64,000 nt of DNA from the NCBI GenBank assembly GCA_964270895.1, contig OZ185441.1, one strand, 5' to 3'. A model generated the notes under the pieces. The model saw only the letters and a program-made list of their open reading frames with translations. It ran no database searches and had not been told where the DNA came from. Position numbers and translations under genes: made by a program. The DNA comes from Podarcis filfolensis (taxonomy: Eukaryota). Positions 44,624-59,600 of the stretch are shown piece by piece. Numbering within the stretch: position 1 is the stretch's first letter; each line of letters starts with the position of its first letter.

Positions 44624-47600
44624 GCACAAGGTATTTTCAAGTTCCCAATTCCTAAACAGCATCTAATTACACTTAGCTACTGTGGTCCTTAACGATGTCA
44701 TCATGCAAAACCTATTAAAAGCGGAACAGACTACGACCACATTCCAACTTACCCATATTCATGACTTGAGATTGAAGCATCTGCCTTGGACCAGGTTGAC
44801 TATTAGGTCTCATAGGTAGGCTGGATGTTGGGTTACGTATCATGCCTCCTTGGATTGGCCTGTTCATGGCACTCGTTGTTGGAGCACAGGTCACCCTCAC
44901 AGCAGCACCTTGGGTTCCCCAATCTCCTGATGGCATGGTAGGCCGAGGAGCATTACTACCCATCATCCCTACTAGAATAAACACAGAAAAGGTTAAATCA
45001 AGTATTGAGAGATGTACTAAACTAAGTTTTGATTGTTCTTTGGAAAGTATTTTAGAAATTAGCATACTAAATCATAGCATTTCAAATGCAACACCTTCCT
45101 CCAAACCTCCTCCTCTCCAACATAGTCTTTTGATTATGGCGACTGTAGGTTAAATTTTTGGCCTGAGCTAAGTCTGATAAGAATAGACACACCCATTATC
45201 TGATTCCATGTAACAGGTCCTTGTATTGACACAACTGTAATTTGCATGAACCGTTTATGATGGCAAAAGAATATGCACTTTCAAAACATAATGTCATGGC
45301 AGACATTATGTTTCAGAGATCTCTATAATAAAAATAAATCTATGAGACTTATAAAGAACTTTCACATCTTTTGGAGAAAAATACTGGTTTAATCTCATAG
45401 AAGGTAATGGAACTTGTTTCCAAGTAAACAGGATTGCATTTTAAGAAAGGAATCCTATGTACAATTTACATGGAACAAATCCTTCTGAACTCAGTAAGAC
45501 TTTCTTCCAAACAAATATGCACGGGACTGGGTTCTCAATCCCCAACTCTCAATGACCGTAGCAGTCCCAAATTTCATTTACTGATGGGGTGAGAGGTATC
45601 AGAGCCAGGTGCAATCACTATTCCTACTCTTTTCTGTAGAGATCTATCCAGCCAACAAATGATTATATGCGTTTGGATGATCTTGCTTCCCACAAGAAGT
45701 AGAAACCTTTTGCTATAATCAAGCCAATAATAAAGTTCTCAAGATGGACTGGTGAGAAGGGGCATGGCAAGCTTCTGGCCTCCCAGCAGTAATATCCCTG
45801 CTGCTTACTGGGAGGGAAAGGGGGTGGGGAGGTGAGTCCTGTGGCAATCCAGTGCTCCTGCTGTGGTGCAGTCGCATAACACCAGCCTCCCCTCTCTGGT
45901 AAGTGACAATAATGCCATTGCTGGGAGTCCAGTGATGCCGCTCCCCACTAGTCACTCCTGCAGATTCCAGTCCATGTGAAACATCACACAAAAAGGGAGT
46001 ATTTAAGTTACCTGGGCTACTATTCCCAAGATTTCCTTGATTTCCCATCATTCCTTGACTGCCCATCATTCCGGGCTGAGGTATGACTGAATATGGACTG
46101 TTGTTTCTTATGGGTGGGAAAGCTCCAGCACCTGGTGGGTTTTGCAATGCGATGTCAAGTTGTAAATTCTGGTTTGGTAACATCCTTCCCAGCTGAGCTT
46201 GCCTTGCATTGGTAAAAGCTAAAAAGAGGGGAAATAGTTGAGAGACTGGAAGTGTAATTTATTTTATTTTTATTTTTTTAAATTGAGATGTTTCAAAACA
46301 GCATATACAATATTTCAAAAAGCAACTTGCAGAAACACACACCAATGTAGAAGAGTGAAGAGGCTTATGAATGGCTCATAATATCTTGTCTTATTTCTGA
46401 GAGACTAACACAAGAATGTCATGGTTAGAAATATATATTCCACACACACTTTCAAAAGATATATTACTCTTTTTGCATATGTGGATATTTACACAGGGCA
46501 ATATTCAATTTAAAAAATAAAATGAAGGATACTTCTGCTTAACACACTATTTTACTGAAATAGATCAACACGTATATAGTGGAGGCATCTGTGGCTAGCT
46601 GGAAGGTAAATATTTAAACAAAGTATTTTAAGAAAGATTTCTCTGCAACTTTTTGGGACCTGCTTATTTTTAGAAATTGGTTTTCACGCACAAAACTTTG
46701 CCTAACAGGGTATTAACCTTGTAATTTACTCACTTCATTTAAAACGAATGCTTTTTTTTAAAAAAAAGGTAATTCAATTAAATTCATTTGAAGCACATGT
46801 CCTCCCATTCCCTACTTTTTATAGCTGAAAGCACATTCACTTGCTTGGATTCAACTAGGAACAGTGATTTACAGGCAGATGTAGGTTTCTATGCACAAAT
46901 CTATTGTAGCAGGTGTGCGGGGAGGGGGGGGAATCCTCAGTGAGTAAACCTGGAGGTGTAGATGGGGTTGTGTGGTTCAGAAACAGAAAAACACACAAAC
47001 ATTATGTTGAAACATGAGAACAGTCGGTGATTTGGAAAGCTGGGTGGGCAGTTAAAAGTCCTAATAGCTCACACTATGAAAAGCTTCTGAGAAAAGGTTC
47101 TCATCACAGCAAAACTTGCCTGTTAAGTGAAGCAAGAAGAAGCCCAAACTGTCTGGTGCTGACTTCTTCATTCATTTAAGTTGGTTTGGGAGACCTTTGG
47201 ACTTCTAGTTATTGCTGAACTACAGCTCCCATAGGTCATGCATGTAGGGCTGATGGGAGGTGTAGTTCAGCAACATCTGGAGGACCAGTGGTTCCCCACA
47301 CGTGACTTAGGTGATAAGTCATACAGATTTTGAGAGGCTTCATTTCAAGTCTGGGGGTGGGGAGTATCTCCTATACGTATCCCATCATACTTTGCTCACA
47401 GGAAGGACTCTGAAAAGCTTTTACGTTCCACGATCAAGTGCTCTCTGTGAAAACCATGATCACAGGAATGCACTTCCCTAGTGACCTCATGGTTTTGTGA
47501 AGTACGTCTATTTTACTGTAAAACATCAACTCCTTTACACGGTGTAATATTTCATGTCAATAATGTGTGGCAATTCATGCATTAATGATAGAAATAAAGT

Positions 47601-50600
47601 AAAAAAATTCTCAGCAAGAAGTACGTATTTTAAATTGACAGTGACTTAGACTTCCTAAGCAGTGCAATATCATGGTTTCAGGAGATGCTACATCTATTTC
47701 AAAATGTTGATCCTATGGATTAGAACAGCAGGTGGTGCTGTTTGACTACTGCAGGTTTTTTTAAAGGCGCAGACAATCTGAAAGACCCAGAGGCACTGTT
47801 GCAAAGCCTACATTTTTCTTATCACAACAATTTCAGCAACAACTCAGACTCACTGCTTTGAGAGATCCGCATTTGGGGTTTCTGGGCTCCAACAGGTGTG
47901 CCGGGGCTGTTTTCACCTGTGATCTGCATGAGGTCATTGATGATGGCTTGTTTGTCAACTGATCCTGCTGAAGTACCTGGCCGGGTATCTGGGAAAAGCT
48001 GCGACAACTGGCTATTCTGCAGATCATCTAGAATCTCCTCCAAATTATCTAGCTCGCTGGCAGGCTTTGATGAAACAGAAACAAGAAAACATTCATTTTT
48101 CATAGTTTGGACAAGCTCTCTGGCAGTCAAAGTACAAGATAAGAATATGAGCACTTGTATCTTCTATCAATTGGGTTGTCTGATATTTACTCCTAACAAA
48201 GCAAAATCTAGTGTGGTCTAGTCTGACATATAGAAAAGGCTGACTGTGTGTCTGCACCCAAAGGCCTCAAGCTTCCCCACCACTGTGCTTTCTGTTAGCA
48301 CAAAGCAGACCAATTAAAGTTCTCTCCTTAAAGCAAATTGCTAATATTCTTTCCCCAGAGCCCAACCATGAATTGGCAAAGAGATATCTCCAAGGGCTGT
48401 AGCTTTCCATGGACGAAACAAAGAATCTTTGTTCAGCAAAAATCAGCATTCTGCCACTATTGTAATTCTGCTCGTTTATGACATGGCTAAAAAACGTTCT
48501 ATAGAACAGTTACTTCCACATGGCTAAAAATGCTTTACATCTTGCATAGGCTTTTCATTGGTGGCAGAAAAGTACAGCATAGTTTAAAAACATACACAGG
48601 TTATCTCCATGTAGTGAGAAATCGCCTACACAGCCGGAATCTTAGTTTGACGGAATGTAAAATTTCCCAATTTACAGGAAGTTACTGGTTTGAGAATCAG
48701 GGAAATTTACCAACGTACATGCCGCAGGATGCAAAAAATCTTATGGGGTGAGGAAAGTTTAATTGACTCAAAAATTCTTAAGAAAATTAAAGCTGACCAG
48801 GTGAACGAACAACTCAAAAAAGCTCATAATGAATGCAAATATTTTTGTACACGGAACAGCCATAAAATCCTCTCTACAGAATGAACAGGCAACAAGCCAA
48901 CAAACTGGCAACATGTTAACTACTCCAGATTATTCTACAATCTTCCATACTGCCTCTGGCAGTAGCTGGATAGTTGTGGGAATTTATCTTAAAATGGTAC
49001 ATGGAGCCCTGCCTTGCAAAATGAAGGTTGTATCCCCACCCTCCACAAATACAATTTCAGTCTTTGCAGCACTGATAAATCTTTCTATGAAACATGACAA
49101 CTATAGAACACACACACAAAATTCAAAAATGAATGCCATGCCTAAGTTTGTTAGTAACTGAGGCTCATTTACTATAATAGAACGTTGGACAAAAAATGTT
49201 AAAGCGCAAGTGTTGAGTTAATTGTAAGCTAATTTTTTTAATTAAACAGACTAACAAAGAAATGCAAAGTGTTTAAGATTGTTAAATTTTCCTTTTTTCA
49301 ATCAAGATATACACTGCAGAGGTCAGAATTTGTTACATCATTAGTTATATTTAATGAGTGCTCACTTTGATAGTACTATGTATTTTATATGAACTTTTCT
49401 TGTTCAGTTCCTTATCATTTGTACTTTTACCATTTATATTGTATATTTTATGTTGTGAACGACCCTGATGAAGGGCGGTATACAAATTTAATAAATAATA
49501 AATAAATTATGTATATGTTACTATACAAAATCAACAAAAGATGTATCAATGTTTTAAAAAGTTTTATGCAAGTATTTACTTGAAAAATAAGTATTTCAAT
49601 ATACAACAGGCATATACAGAAGCAACTTGAACTATTTTGGACAACTGCCTGTCTATCTGTAAATATATGCATATTTCTCCTAACTAATGTGCATCACTTT
49701 GCACTTGCAGGCGCTGAATCCCACCTACCATTCTTTGGCCTAGTGACTCAAACTCTGGAATGATTAGGTGAAATTCAACACCATGCTATAGTGAACATCC
49801 ATCCCATCAGCGCAAGCATTGCAGCTTGCCGGACAGAACAATCTCTCCTCTTTTCTCCCGCACACTGTTCTGGGGGGTTCTCCCAAATGTGCAGGGCTTG
49901 TCCTTATGGGACTGGGTAGATGAATCATGCTCATTCTAGACAACCCACTGACAGCTAGGTATTTTACCATCCTGAATAATATTGAGGAGTACTAGATGAA
50001 ACACTCTGTCTGGAAGTGCTACCAAAATACAGCAGTCCTGTGTTGTCCCCTACCACTTCTACAATATTTGGGCAAACTCGTGTGTTTCTCAGCATTTCAC
50101 CACCATCACCATCACCACTCCAAGTAGCAGATAATGATGGGGAACAAAGGCAATTAACCACATGCTACATACAGTCTGGTTAAATGTCATGTGAAGGATT
50201 AGATCCAGGGCAGCCATTTTCAGGCCCCATTACTTTGGGATCCCATCTTCCAGTTACTTTTTTATTGAAGGCTTAGGGAGGTATGATTTGGCTAAAATTA
50301 GGCAATTTAAGGTCTGGGGCTGTTAGATTTCACTAAGGCCCCTAATCTTTCCTCCCATGATTTGAGCATCAGCTCCAGGACATTCAAGGTAGGATTTAGA
50401 GCTGAACCCTGGGCTAAAATTGTACTGTATAAATGAGAAGCTGCCTGATCTTTCAATGAGTACAGACCATCTAGACTACCACCTCCATCTCCTTATTCTG
50501 TAATTGTATTTAGGGGGACAGCACAGTGTAGTCACCATTCTAAGAGACATCTGCTGGCACATGACTTGTAGGTAGGGGGACATATAGTTTAAATTTTTAA

Positions 50601-53600
50601 ATTTTTTATTAAATAAGACATGCCAGAAGCATTCAACACTTAAATTTGCCCCAGCACTCTATCTGCTTCTCTGCAGTTTTCCATGTAGCAAACTCAAATG
50701 TGAATGCTTCCAAAGCCACCATTTCAATATAAGACCATTCCTATATATAGTTGAATATGTGGTTGAAATTTGGCAGGGACTTCATGTGTTCTATGCTTTT
50801 CAAGGGTGAATGTGAGTTAGCGTTCAACGTCCATATTTAAACTGAGGGGGGAAATGACATCAGCACCAGTAAACTGGGTCTACCCTTCTGCTCCTTCCAG
50901 CTGCTTTTGCCTATTCCATGCAGCATAAATTGAATTCCCCAACTAATATCCTTGCCACCTGCCTTTTGTCCTTCCATAGCTTAGGTGAGGGAAGGAGGAA
51001 AAAGCTCGATTTAAAGAGTCATGTTTATCCAAAAGTTTTTCTCATGATTTCTTTGGAACTATCATTTGTATTTAAAGCTTTGTTGTTTTTAGAAGATATT
51101 TAAGCATGAAAATCTACTTCAGTCTCTGTTAATAGGTTTGGAAGAAAAGGGACACATACTGACAAAGTTGGGGGACAGTAATTGTTACCTAAGTTAGAGG
51201 ACTGCTGTGTAAACACAACACAAATTTATAATTTGACACCAGAACAGGTCTGAGCTACAGGGGCTAGAAATGCTTAGATAACATGACCATTATTACCTCC
51301 TATACAAAAACTGATGGTGTACATATAATATACAAGTACTTTTAGAATATATGTTTGACCAAAATCTAGTAGCTAGCTGTAATAAAACTCAGAAACATTA
51401 AAAAGGGATGGAGTTGTTTAGAAATGAGTTTGATAGAAAAAAATTCTGAAATACTCAAATCTGTATGCTGGGAAGATGACTATTTAAATAAGCTACCTGG
51501 AATAATGCAATTTTTGGTGTTTTAACATGTTTCAAAGTATTTCCTGTTCAGAAAAAGTTACACTAGAAAGGAAAATGTTATTCTTTTTTCCATCAAATTC
51601 CTCCTCATAAAATATTTACTCTACTATGACCATGCCATATTTACAATAAAAACTATACATACAAATTAGCCATTATTTTAAACAGATATCACTTCAAAAG
51701 TAAAACATAAACAATTCTATCCAGTAGGTATTGCAAAAACATTACCGCTTTTGTTCTAGAAAGGAGGAAAGGATGGGAAGAAGACTCAAGAGGACAGCGG
51801 AACAATTTATAATATTCTCTGTCTATCATTACAACAAATGGGTTAAGCTTTGATCTATATTTAGATTATACTTCCTGTAAGTTTATCCTGTACCAGCTAT
51901 GATTCTTTCACTTTCTCACTCTAGAGTGAGTTTTTGCTGTGTGCTTTTTTTTTGCACAGAAGTATCTATGTCATTTTAGGACACTTTTGTGCAGTTTGCA
52001 CAATGAACCATTTCGTCCTTCCTCTGTGGAATGCTTTTTTCAAACAGCTCAATGTACTAGCTTTGCATCCCACTACCTCTGAAGTTCCCTTTCGGCATCC
52101 TCCTCACAGAAAGCCAGTGTCAGGCACTGAATGTTGCAGGCTTTCTCTAAAAATTGTTGCTTCTTCACGCCTACATTTCCTCCCCAACACCCAGTTGATG
52201 TTCTACCAAGAACCACACTGCAAGGTCTAGATTGGCAAGGTCTAGATTGGACTTTTCAGCCAGCCAGGTCTTGGCAATACAAGCAAGGCAACTGCCTCCA
52301 ATCACAAACATAATCAACCACCCTAGCCAAAACAAAACAAAAAACAACCCACAACCCTGTATAAAGGGAAGACATTGAAGCAAATGAGCAAGGATCATTT
52401 CCACGACAAATTTCCTGAATGAACAACAACAAAAAAGAGTCTCTTACCTGTTCATTCGGCTCAAAGCGCATCTCTTCTTTTTCTGTCTTTATAGTTACTG
52501 GCTTTGTGCTACTGGAAGGGTCTGTCTTACTGTCCGACCGTTCCAGCTTGGGGGTAATGTCCGGTAAACCAATATCTTTAGTATCATCTTTATCTAGCAA
52601 GTAGCGAAGTAGTGCATTTTCTTTCTTCTTGGGACTCACCGGTTCCTGTTTTGTAGTCACCTCTGAACCAGGAGCTGTGCTACTGGTCTCCTGGCTCGGT
52701 TCTTTCCCTGTGGCCTCTGCTGTGAGCTTGGCTAAGTCTACAGGAGAACTACTGTCCTGCAAGAGCCTGTGCAAAATTTTATGCTTCTCCTTGAGCGAGG
52801 TTCCATGCGTTGAACCAGAACCAGATAAACCTCCCGCGGAGTCCTTGTTAGCATCTCCCATAGCGTTAGACAAAGGTGAAGGCTCCATCTGATCAGATTT
52901 GGTGGTCAGCAGCTGTAAGAGCTTTGTCTGGCTTTTGCCATCGTGAAGTCTGTTCTGTCCATCAGGCCTCTCACCAACAACCTGGGGCATGCCATCATTA
53001 CTTTCTTTCAGTTCTCCTGAATGGCAGACACTCTCGGCTTGTCCAGCTGTACCTTCCGATTGCTCCCCATGAAGTCCAAAGCCATCTTTAGAGTCCAGGC
53101 TTCCCATTTTGCTTAGCTGAGGAGGATTCATACTTACAGGGGAATTTTGCAAATTACCCATTTTTACGTCAGGTGAAGCCAAGGATGACCCCAGAGAGAC
53201 TCCATGCCCCTCGCTGAGAGCCTGAAGTGCATTGAGGGAACTGTTGGTATAACTATGGCTATTTCCTGTGCTGCTGCAAACCCCAACAGGTGAATGCAAG
53301 CTTCCTGCAGGGGAAAACTGACTGGGTGGGATCCGAGGACTGCCTGCCACTCCCGGACTCATACGGTGCCGTGGGGATAGCATGGAGTTTGGCTGACCTG
53401 GTGTCATGCCAGGGCTGTTTTGAGAGGGACTATTCATTTTTAGTGCATAGTTACTACCCTGAGGAGTGGATGCTTGTATACTTGACACATGGTTCATCCC
53501 GCCTGAACCACCAAACCTGCTTGCTGGCATGCCCATTTGTTCCTTCGGGCCATTTATGGCAAAATTCATATTGCTACTGATGGTCATATCCTGACCTGGA

Positions 53601-56600
53601 TTCCCACTGCACATGGCCTGATGGGCAGGACTGCTGGAGCTAATTGGGTTCAATGGCTTTCCCATTGCTTGTCCAGTTAAATCCTGGTTCATTCCACAAA
53701 CATTCTGTTCCCTGAAACAGTAAAAAAGAACAAAAACATTATTAAAATTTACATTTTAAATATGATTAATAAAATACACAATTGATAAAATAAAGATTTG
53801 ACAATCCCAAAGGCAAAGATGGACATAGCATTTGTTTTATCTTGATGTATTCCTAAGCCTGGGGCCTCTACTAGCATTTCTTTATCTTGTTCATAATGAA
53901 AGAAAGAGAAAAGAAACAAACAGAAGCAATTACCTTTTTGACAAAGACCATTGCTTTTTCTATTTTACAGATGAACAAAGACAATTTGCTGGAGGTTGCT
54001 GGTATCCACTGCATGAGGGAGCCAGACCCTAAGGCCCTGAGGTAATGTGGAGACCTATAGTGGATGCAACTAGACACTCAGTAGCCACACACTTGCACAG
54101 GACTGAGTTATAAGCCCCTCCAGCTAAGAATGCTGGTCCCCTCCTCCATGCAACAACACTCAACAGGAGATAGTGGTAACTGTCATGACCTGAGCCTTTT
54201 TCAGAGAATGAGCTTGTGGATTCAGAAGCACCTAACCAGCTGGAAGTGCTTCTGCAGGAAGAATCCTTGGTGCCAGCATCCTTCTGGCCAAGGACATCAT
54301 GTCCCTTGAGAACTCTACCTCAAAACTCCTACAGCAGCCACAGCCTTCTCTGCTCTTCAGAGAAATCAACTGCTAAAGCAGCCTGGGCCCCTTTAAATGA
54401 AGTTTCTTCTCAGCAACAGAGAAATAGCTGCAGCTCCTATTTAAGGCTCAATCTGAAGAGCCCTGCTGCTGAAGCAACATCTGAGCTCTGCTCTCATGAA
54501 ATATTGAGGCTAAGCACTGCACAGAGCTATCCAGGCAACCCTTGCTTCACTTGACAACAGAACCATCGTCTCAACAAACCATCTCACTGAATCACCACTG
54601 ACTGTGGAAATATATTTATTTTGGCAAGGAACCCAAATGAGTTAACAGCTGGAAATGGATTCCATGGCTCTTGGGTTCATTTCTGTCTTAACAGATATCT
54701 TAATATCACATAAGAGAGAAAGCTCCAATTAGATATCTACAAGTTTGTTCTGATAGCAAATAAAGTTTTCACTATTTTGATTATATAAGAGAGAATCAGA
54801 CAAATCCACTTCTGAAAAAAGAAAGCAGAAAGAGGATAGGCATTTGTTGACAGTCTGAAAGTAAACGAACAGGCCTTTTACAGCCTTGAAACTGCTGCCC
54901 CATTTGCCAACAAGAGTTACAGTAAAAAGCAAGTTTTAAAAGTCATCTCAAAGTACAGCCAAAAAAAATTACAACACTGCTTTAAGTATGGAAGCCAAAA
55001 AAACTACAGTACAGCAAACAAGTTCAGAATGAGATCAGCATAGTTAGAGAAAGATTTTGTGGGTACATGCAAGCTAAAGAATGTGTAAGAAGGACAGAGA
55101 TGGGGGGAAGAGGAGGTTTTTCCAGATGACTAAAGTGTGCTCCAACCAAATATTATCCCTTGTAGAATAATCCCACAGGTAAACAGCACGTTATTCCATA
55201 TGTATTCAATAAATGACTTGGAGTGAGAAGAGGGGGAGAAAACTGTATTACCAGCCCAAAACTATTTGTTTAAAAACAAAAGGTTGTTAAATGTACACTG
55301 CAGCATGAGCATTGGTAGCACAAATCTTCCAATCCAAATATTCTGTGAAGTAGGGAACTCTGACTATTCTAGTGGCTGCCGGCAGTGGAGAAGAGAGATA
55401 TAAGGTAATTAGCAGGGAAGCTTTGGGGAAAGATCTCCACCCACTACTTTAGGAAACCACTGGACAAGCAGTGATGGCGGCTGTGTGGAGACTGCAGATT
55501 AAATCTCCTCTGTGCAGCAGCATATCTCTAAACAGTTTATAAAAAACAGAGAGACATGTCCCTATATCTTCTACCATTTGGGATTTTCAGTGCGTGCAGG
55601 TAGGAGAAACCGAGCAAGTGCTATTTGGGGATGCCTTAAATCTCATGCAGGGGAGCCTACCATAGGAACCTGGAGAAAGAAGATTTGCCTTGAGATCCAC
55701 TGCTTAAAATCTCAGGGTAAGTTTTCTTCCCACACTTTCCTGGATTGAAGCATCTAAGGAAGCAAAATAGCTTCCTTGCACTGCCTCTCTCATCATTTCC
55801 CCATGCTGAGAGCAACAGCATACAGGTGAACCACATTCTACACAGTAGCACTATCTAGGGAAGAATCACATTTTTCAGGAACAAGATATTACTGTTTGAA
55901 AATACATTTCTTGAGAGAAGATATGTGCATGAAATCTCTTTGAAGACTATCCAAGTTTAGTTTTCTTTGCAGATTTTCTTTTGCACATAAGGTTTTTGTT
56001 CTGTTATAAATTTACACTGAATAACATCTGTAGTCAGTTCCTCTCTCCAGACTTAAAAACGGGAGCTATCAATGCCGCCCCCCAAAAAAACTTTCTTAAA
56101 AATTATAAGTTTGCTAAATTACTGAAAGAACACTGAAGGAAAAGTGCTTTATGAACAAACTATATTTAATAGAGTTTTGGCACTGGTTTAAACATTCCTT
56201 TGCAGGGTTTGCACTGAAAGTTCTACAGCTGAAACATTTAAACTTTGCCCTGCTAGTGGCATGAGAACTAGAAAGAAAAGCTGAGGAGGAAGAGAAACTG
56301 TCCAGTCAATTCTTGTTAGCATGAGATGACTAAAATGAAAGGGGAAACTTTGTTTAAAAATGCACAAAACTCCCAAAGGTTCATGTTAATCTACTGTTTC
56401 TCAGATTGCATTATAAGCTAGAAAAACTTAACTTTCTTGTAAGTATGTGCCCTGTAGCCTGGCAGTTTTTATTTAGCTTGCTGCCTCATCAGCCACCTTC
56501 AAAATATAAAAAGGTCCCCTTAACTCCAACAAAAACAGTTCTGAATTGTTTAAACAGCAATGTTCAGAGGGTATAGTCAAAGTCAGTAAAGTCTTTTTTT

Positions 56601-59600
56601 GTACAATGTTCAGCAGCTAACAGATAAACAACAACGAAAGATAATTCTTATTAAAACTTATGCATAGTTCATAATTGAGTCTGACACAAATATGCAATTG
56701 CTTCTCATAACCAAGCACTGAACTTTTCATATTTAATGAATAGAAACTGCAGATTCTGAAGAAAAAACTGTCATTTCCCTTTGTCTATATTCTTCATTTT
56801 TTTGTCCCATAATGATCTCTCTTGGAAGAGTGAAGGAGATGTTGAACTGGAACAATGGTGAATGTTTACATGCAAGGATGTGTTGTCCAAACAGTTCTCT
56901 TAAGTGCTTATAAAGTTTCTTACAAAACAATATCATTAGTACATACAAGAAAACTGTTCAGATTTCCCAATAGCGAAACCCTTCAAACCCCAGAATGAGC
57001 CTGAGTTGAGAATGCAACCGGTCCTGCAAGGATTTCCATGCCTGTACACAAAGTGAGGGGCTCAACCTACCAAATGTACTACATGAAGTATTATGATTTT
57101 ATCTTATGTGGTACGTTAAAATTAAGTGTGGTCAAAGTAGATTGTGGATATCAAAGTGATAAAACAGCTTTTAAACACAAATCTGTATCTTCAACTGCAG
57201 TCCCAAATTCTTGTGGTTGGTTGGAAGCACTATTTAAATAATTGGTATTTACTTACAAACAAGTGGACTAGGATGTTTTCTTTACAAAACAGAAACCATT
57301 AAAATCAAAACTATATTTTACTGTCATGCTACACCCAATATAGCTAAAGGGGGCTATTGCAATAATGCTTGATAAATTATGTACTCTTCCTGCAGCTGTT
57401 CTTAGGATGTGAGGTTGAAGATTTTTCAAGGCAGCAAAAATTGTATAAATTACCTGTGAAGCATATGCAAGGATATTACAAGCTGAGGTTCACCAGTAGT
57501 CTGAGAACGGATGAGCTTGCTCTTCGTTTGGGCAGCAACTATGTTGCCGTCAGACAAGGAAAATCGATAAACAGGACTGAAAGCTAGTCCCTGCCTCAGC
57601 ACTGTAAACAAGGAGAAACAAGAAAAAAGTAGTAAGAAATCCAGGCTGCAGGATAATCCACATGAAAATGTGGACTCTGTTTTCATTGCCTTCTTTAGAA
57701 AGCTAGAAAAAAATCTGCATTTTCTTTTGCAAAATCAGCAAGGCTGTGTTAAAGGAAAAGCTAATGTTTTGCAGATTAAGACCAAAGTGCAACTGCAGTA
57801 AAGTATTAACCGAAAGAGTGAGTTAGAGACGGTGCCAGCATTGCAAAAACAGTGCACTTACCTGTGAATTTTCTCTTCATGGAGAATAATCTAAAATAAG
57901 AATGATTTCCACCTGTTCCAACCAGAGGAGACAGTGACTCACAACTGAAATTAACTTGCCAGGGACAAAGCTAGTCACAGCTAGCTTCCTGACATGTCTC
58001 CAGATAATTATTACAAAGCATTCTAGCCCATTCTGCTTTAGACAAACTAGCAAAGTACACTGACTGGGATAAATTTGTTAACCAGGAGCACACCTTAGAA
58101 TGATACAATATACGGACTAGCATCCCAAGGGATGGAAAATTCTCCCCGAACATATGCCAACTTGAGCCATGACATGACTAGGAAGGGGAGAATAGTTTGT
58201 CTACAACTTAATCAGGCCTTCCTGCAATTAGCTGGAGATGGCAGAAAAATGAGCAGTGTGGCAGTGAGGTAACCTGGAGCAAAACCTGGGGCCAGCCTCC
58301 TACATCTGTCCCCCAAATGCTCTCAGTAGAAAACACAGCCTATTTAAGTAAAGGGAAGAATATCAACATAATATATATATTATATAGTTTATAGTATGTT
58401 CTGTAGCTAGGCAAACCTACTTTAATGGAAAATGTTCATTTCACATTCCAACATGAGGATATCACAGAACATCATGGTTTCTAGAAACATCATTTACAAT
58501 TGCTAAACTGGAACAAAAATGCTCAACCAATTGCCTAATACAGACAAAAAGTCATTTATTACAATAGACAGGTAATCTACTTGAATGACATCTTCCTTGC
58601 TTTCATTTTGGCAAGCTTATCAAGTAAACTGACAAAAGAGATTTGGTAGCAAGCTTACTTTGTGCTGAGAGCTTAGCAGTGCCCCTTTCTTGCCCTGTGG
58701 GAGATCACAGGTGATCCTCAACAAAATTCAGTTTACTTAAGGTGTTCTCACCTAATGCAACCAATATGCAGATGCATTCTTTGGGTAACGTGTATTTCTG
58801 GGGGGAGGGGGGAATTCCAAGTCTTTGGCATAAATTTAGTGTGAAATGGAATAGGATTGGAATTCCAACTGAAAAAAGGTAGGCCCTAGTCTAGGGGTGA
58901 GCAAACTTTTTCAGCAGGGGGTCGGTCCACTGTCCCTCAGACCCTGTGTGGGGTCGGACTATATTGGGGGGGGGGGGAGAAAAAAGAACAAATTCCTATG
59001 CCTCACAAATAACCCAGAGACGCATTTTAAATAAAAGCACACATTCTACTCAAGTAAAAACACGCTGATTCACGGACTATCCGTGGGCCGTATTTAGAAG
59101 GTGATTGGGCCGGATCCGGCCCCCAGGCCTTAGTTTGCCTACCCATGCCCTAGTCCCACAGACTATGGCCGCATATGCTCTCCTGTAAATTTCTATCATC
59201 AAAGTCTTTTGAAGAAGAAATATTGCCTAGTGCCAAACCTTTTTACTTTCATGAGTCTACATATAATTTTATTAAATAATTTTACTTAGTTCAACAAAAA
59301 TGGGATTTTTCTTGCACATGCCTCCCCTAAATCTGTCTTTCAGGATTTGAACACTGACACAAGACACTTTTAAGTTGCACTGCAAAAAAAATGTGCTTTT
59401 CCAGATCTGGAATTTCAATTTTGCCCCATCTTTAAATGAAAACAATGAGTTACCAGCTGGTTTATTTTAATGTTTTCTTCACTGTGAAACCTGATAAACT
59501 AGTTTCAATTCTTGATTTTCCTGAACTGGCTGAAAACTCCTTCATACTTGTGTATATGCCTATCCTATGAAGTTATATTTATGCCTCTCCCTTAACCATC

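Noticed and set aside
45719-46011. NCOA2 frame stays open about 97 codons into the intron after the 207-nt exon
   Set aside because: A good donor exists at 46011 and the next exon is in phase. The extension has no similarity to NCOA proteins and looks like decayed repeat sequence.
52221-52250. 15-bp tandem duplication CAAGGTCTAGATTGG x2 (similar short duplications near 48481-48530 and 61851-61889)
   Set aside because: Ordinary slippage-type intronic duplications with no functional context.
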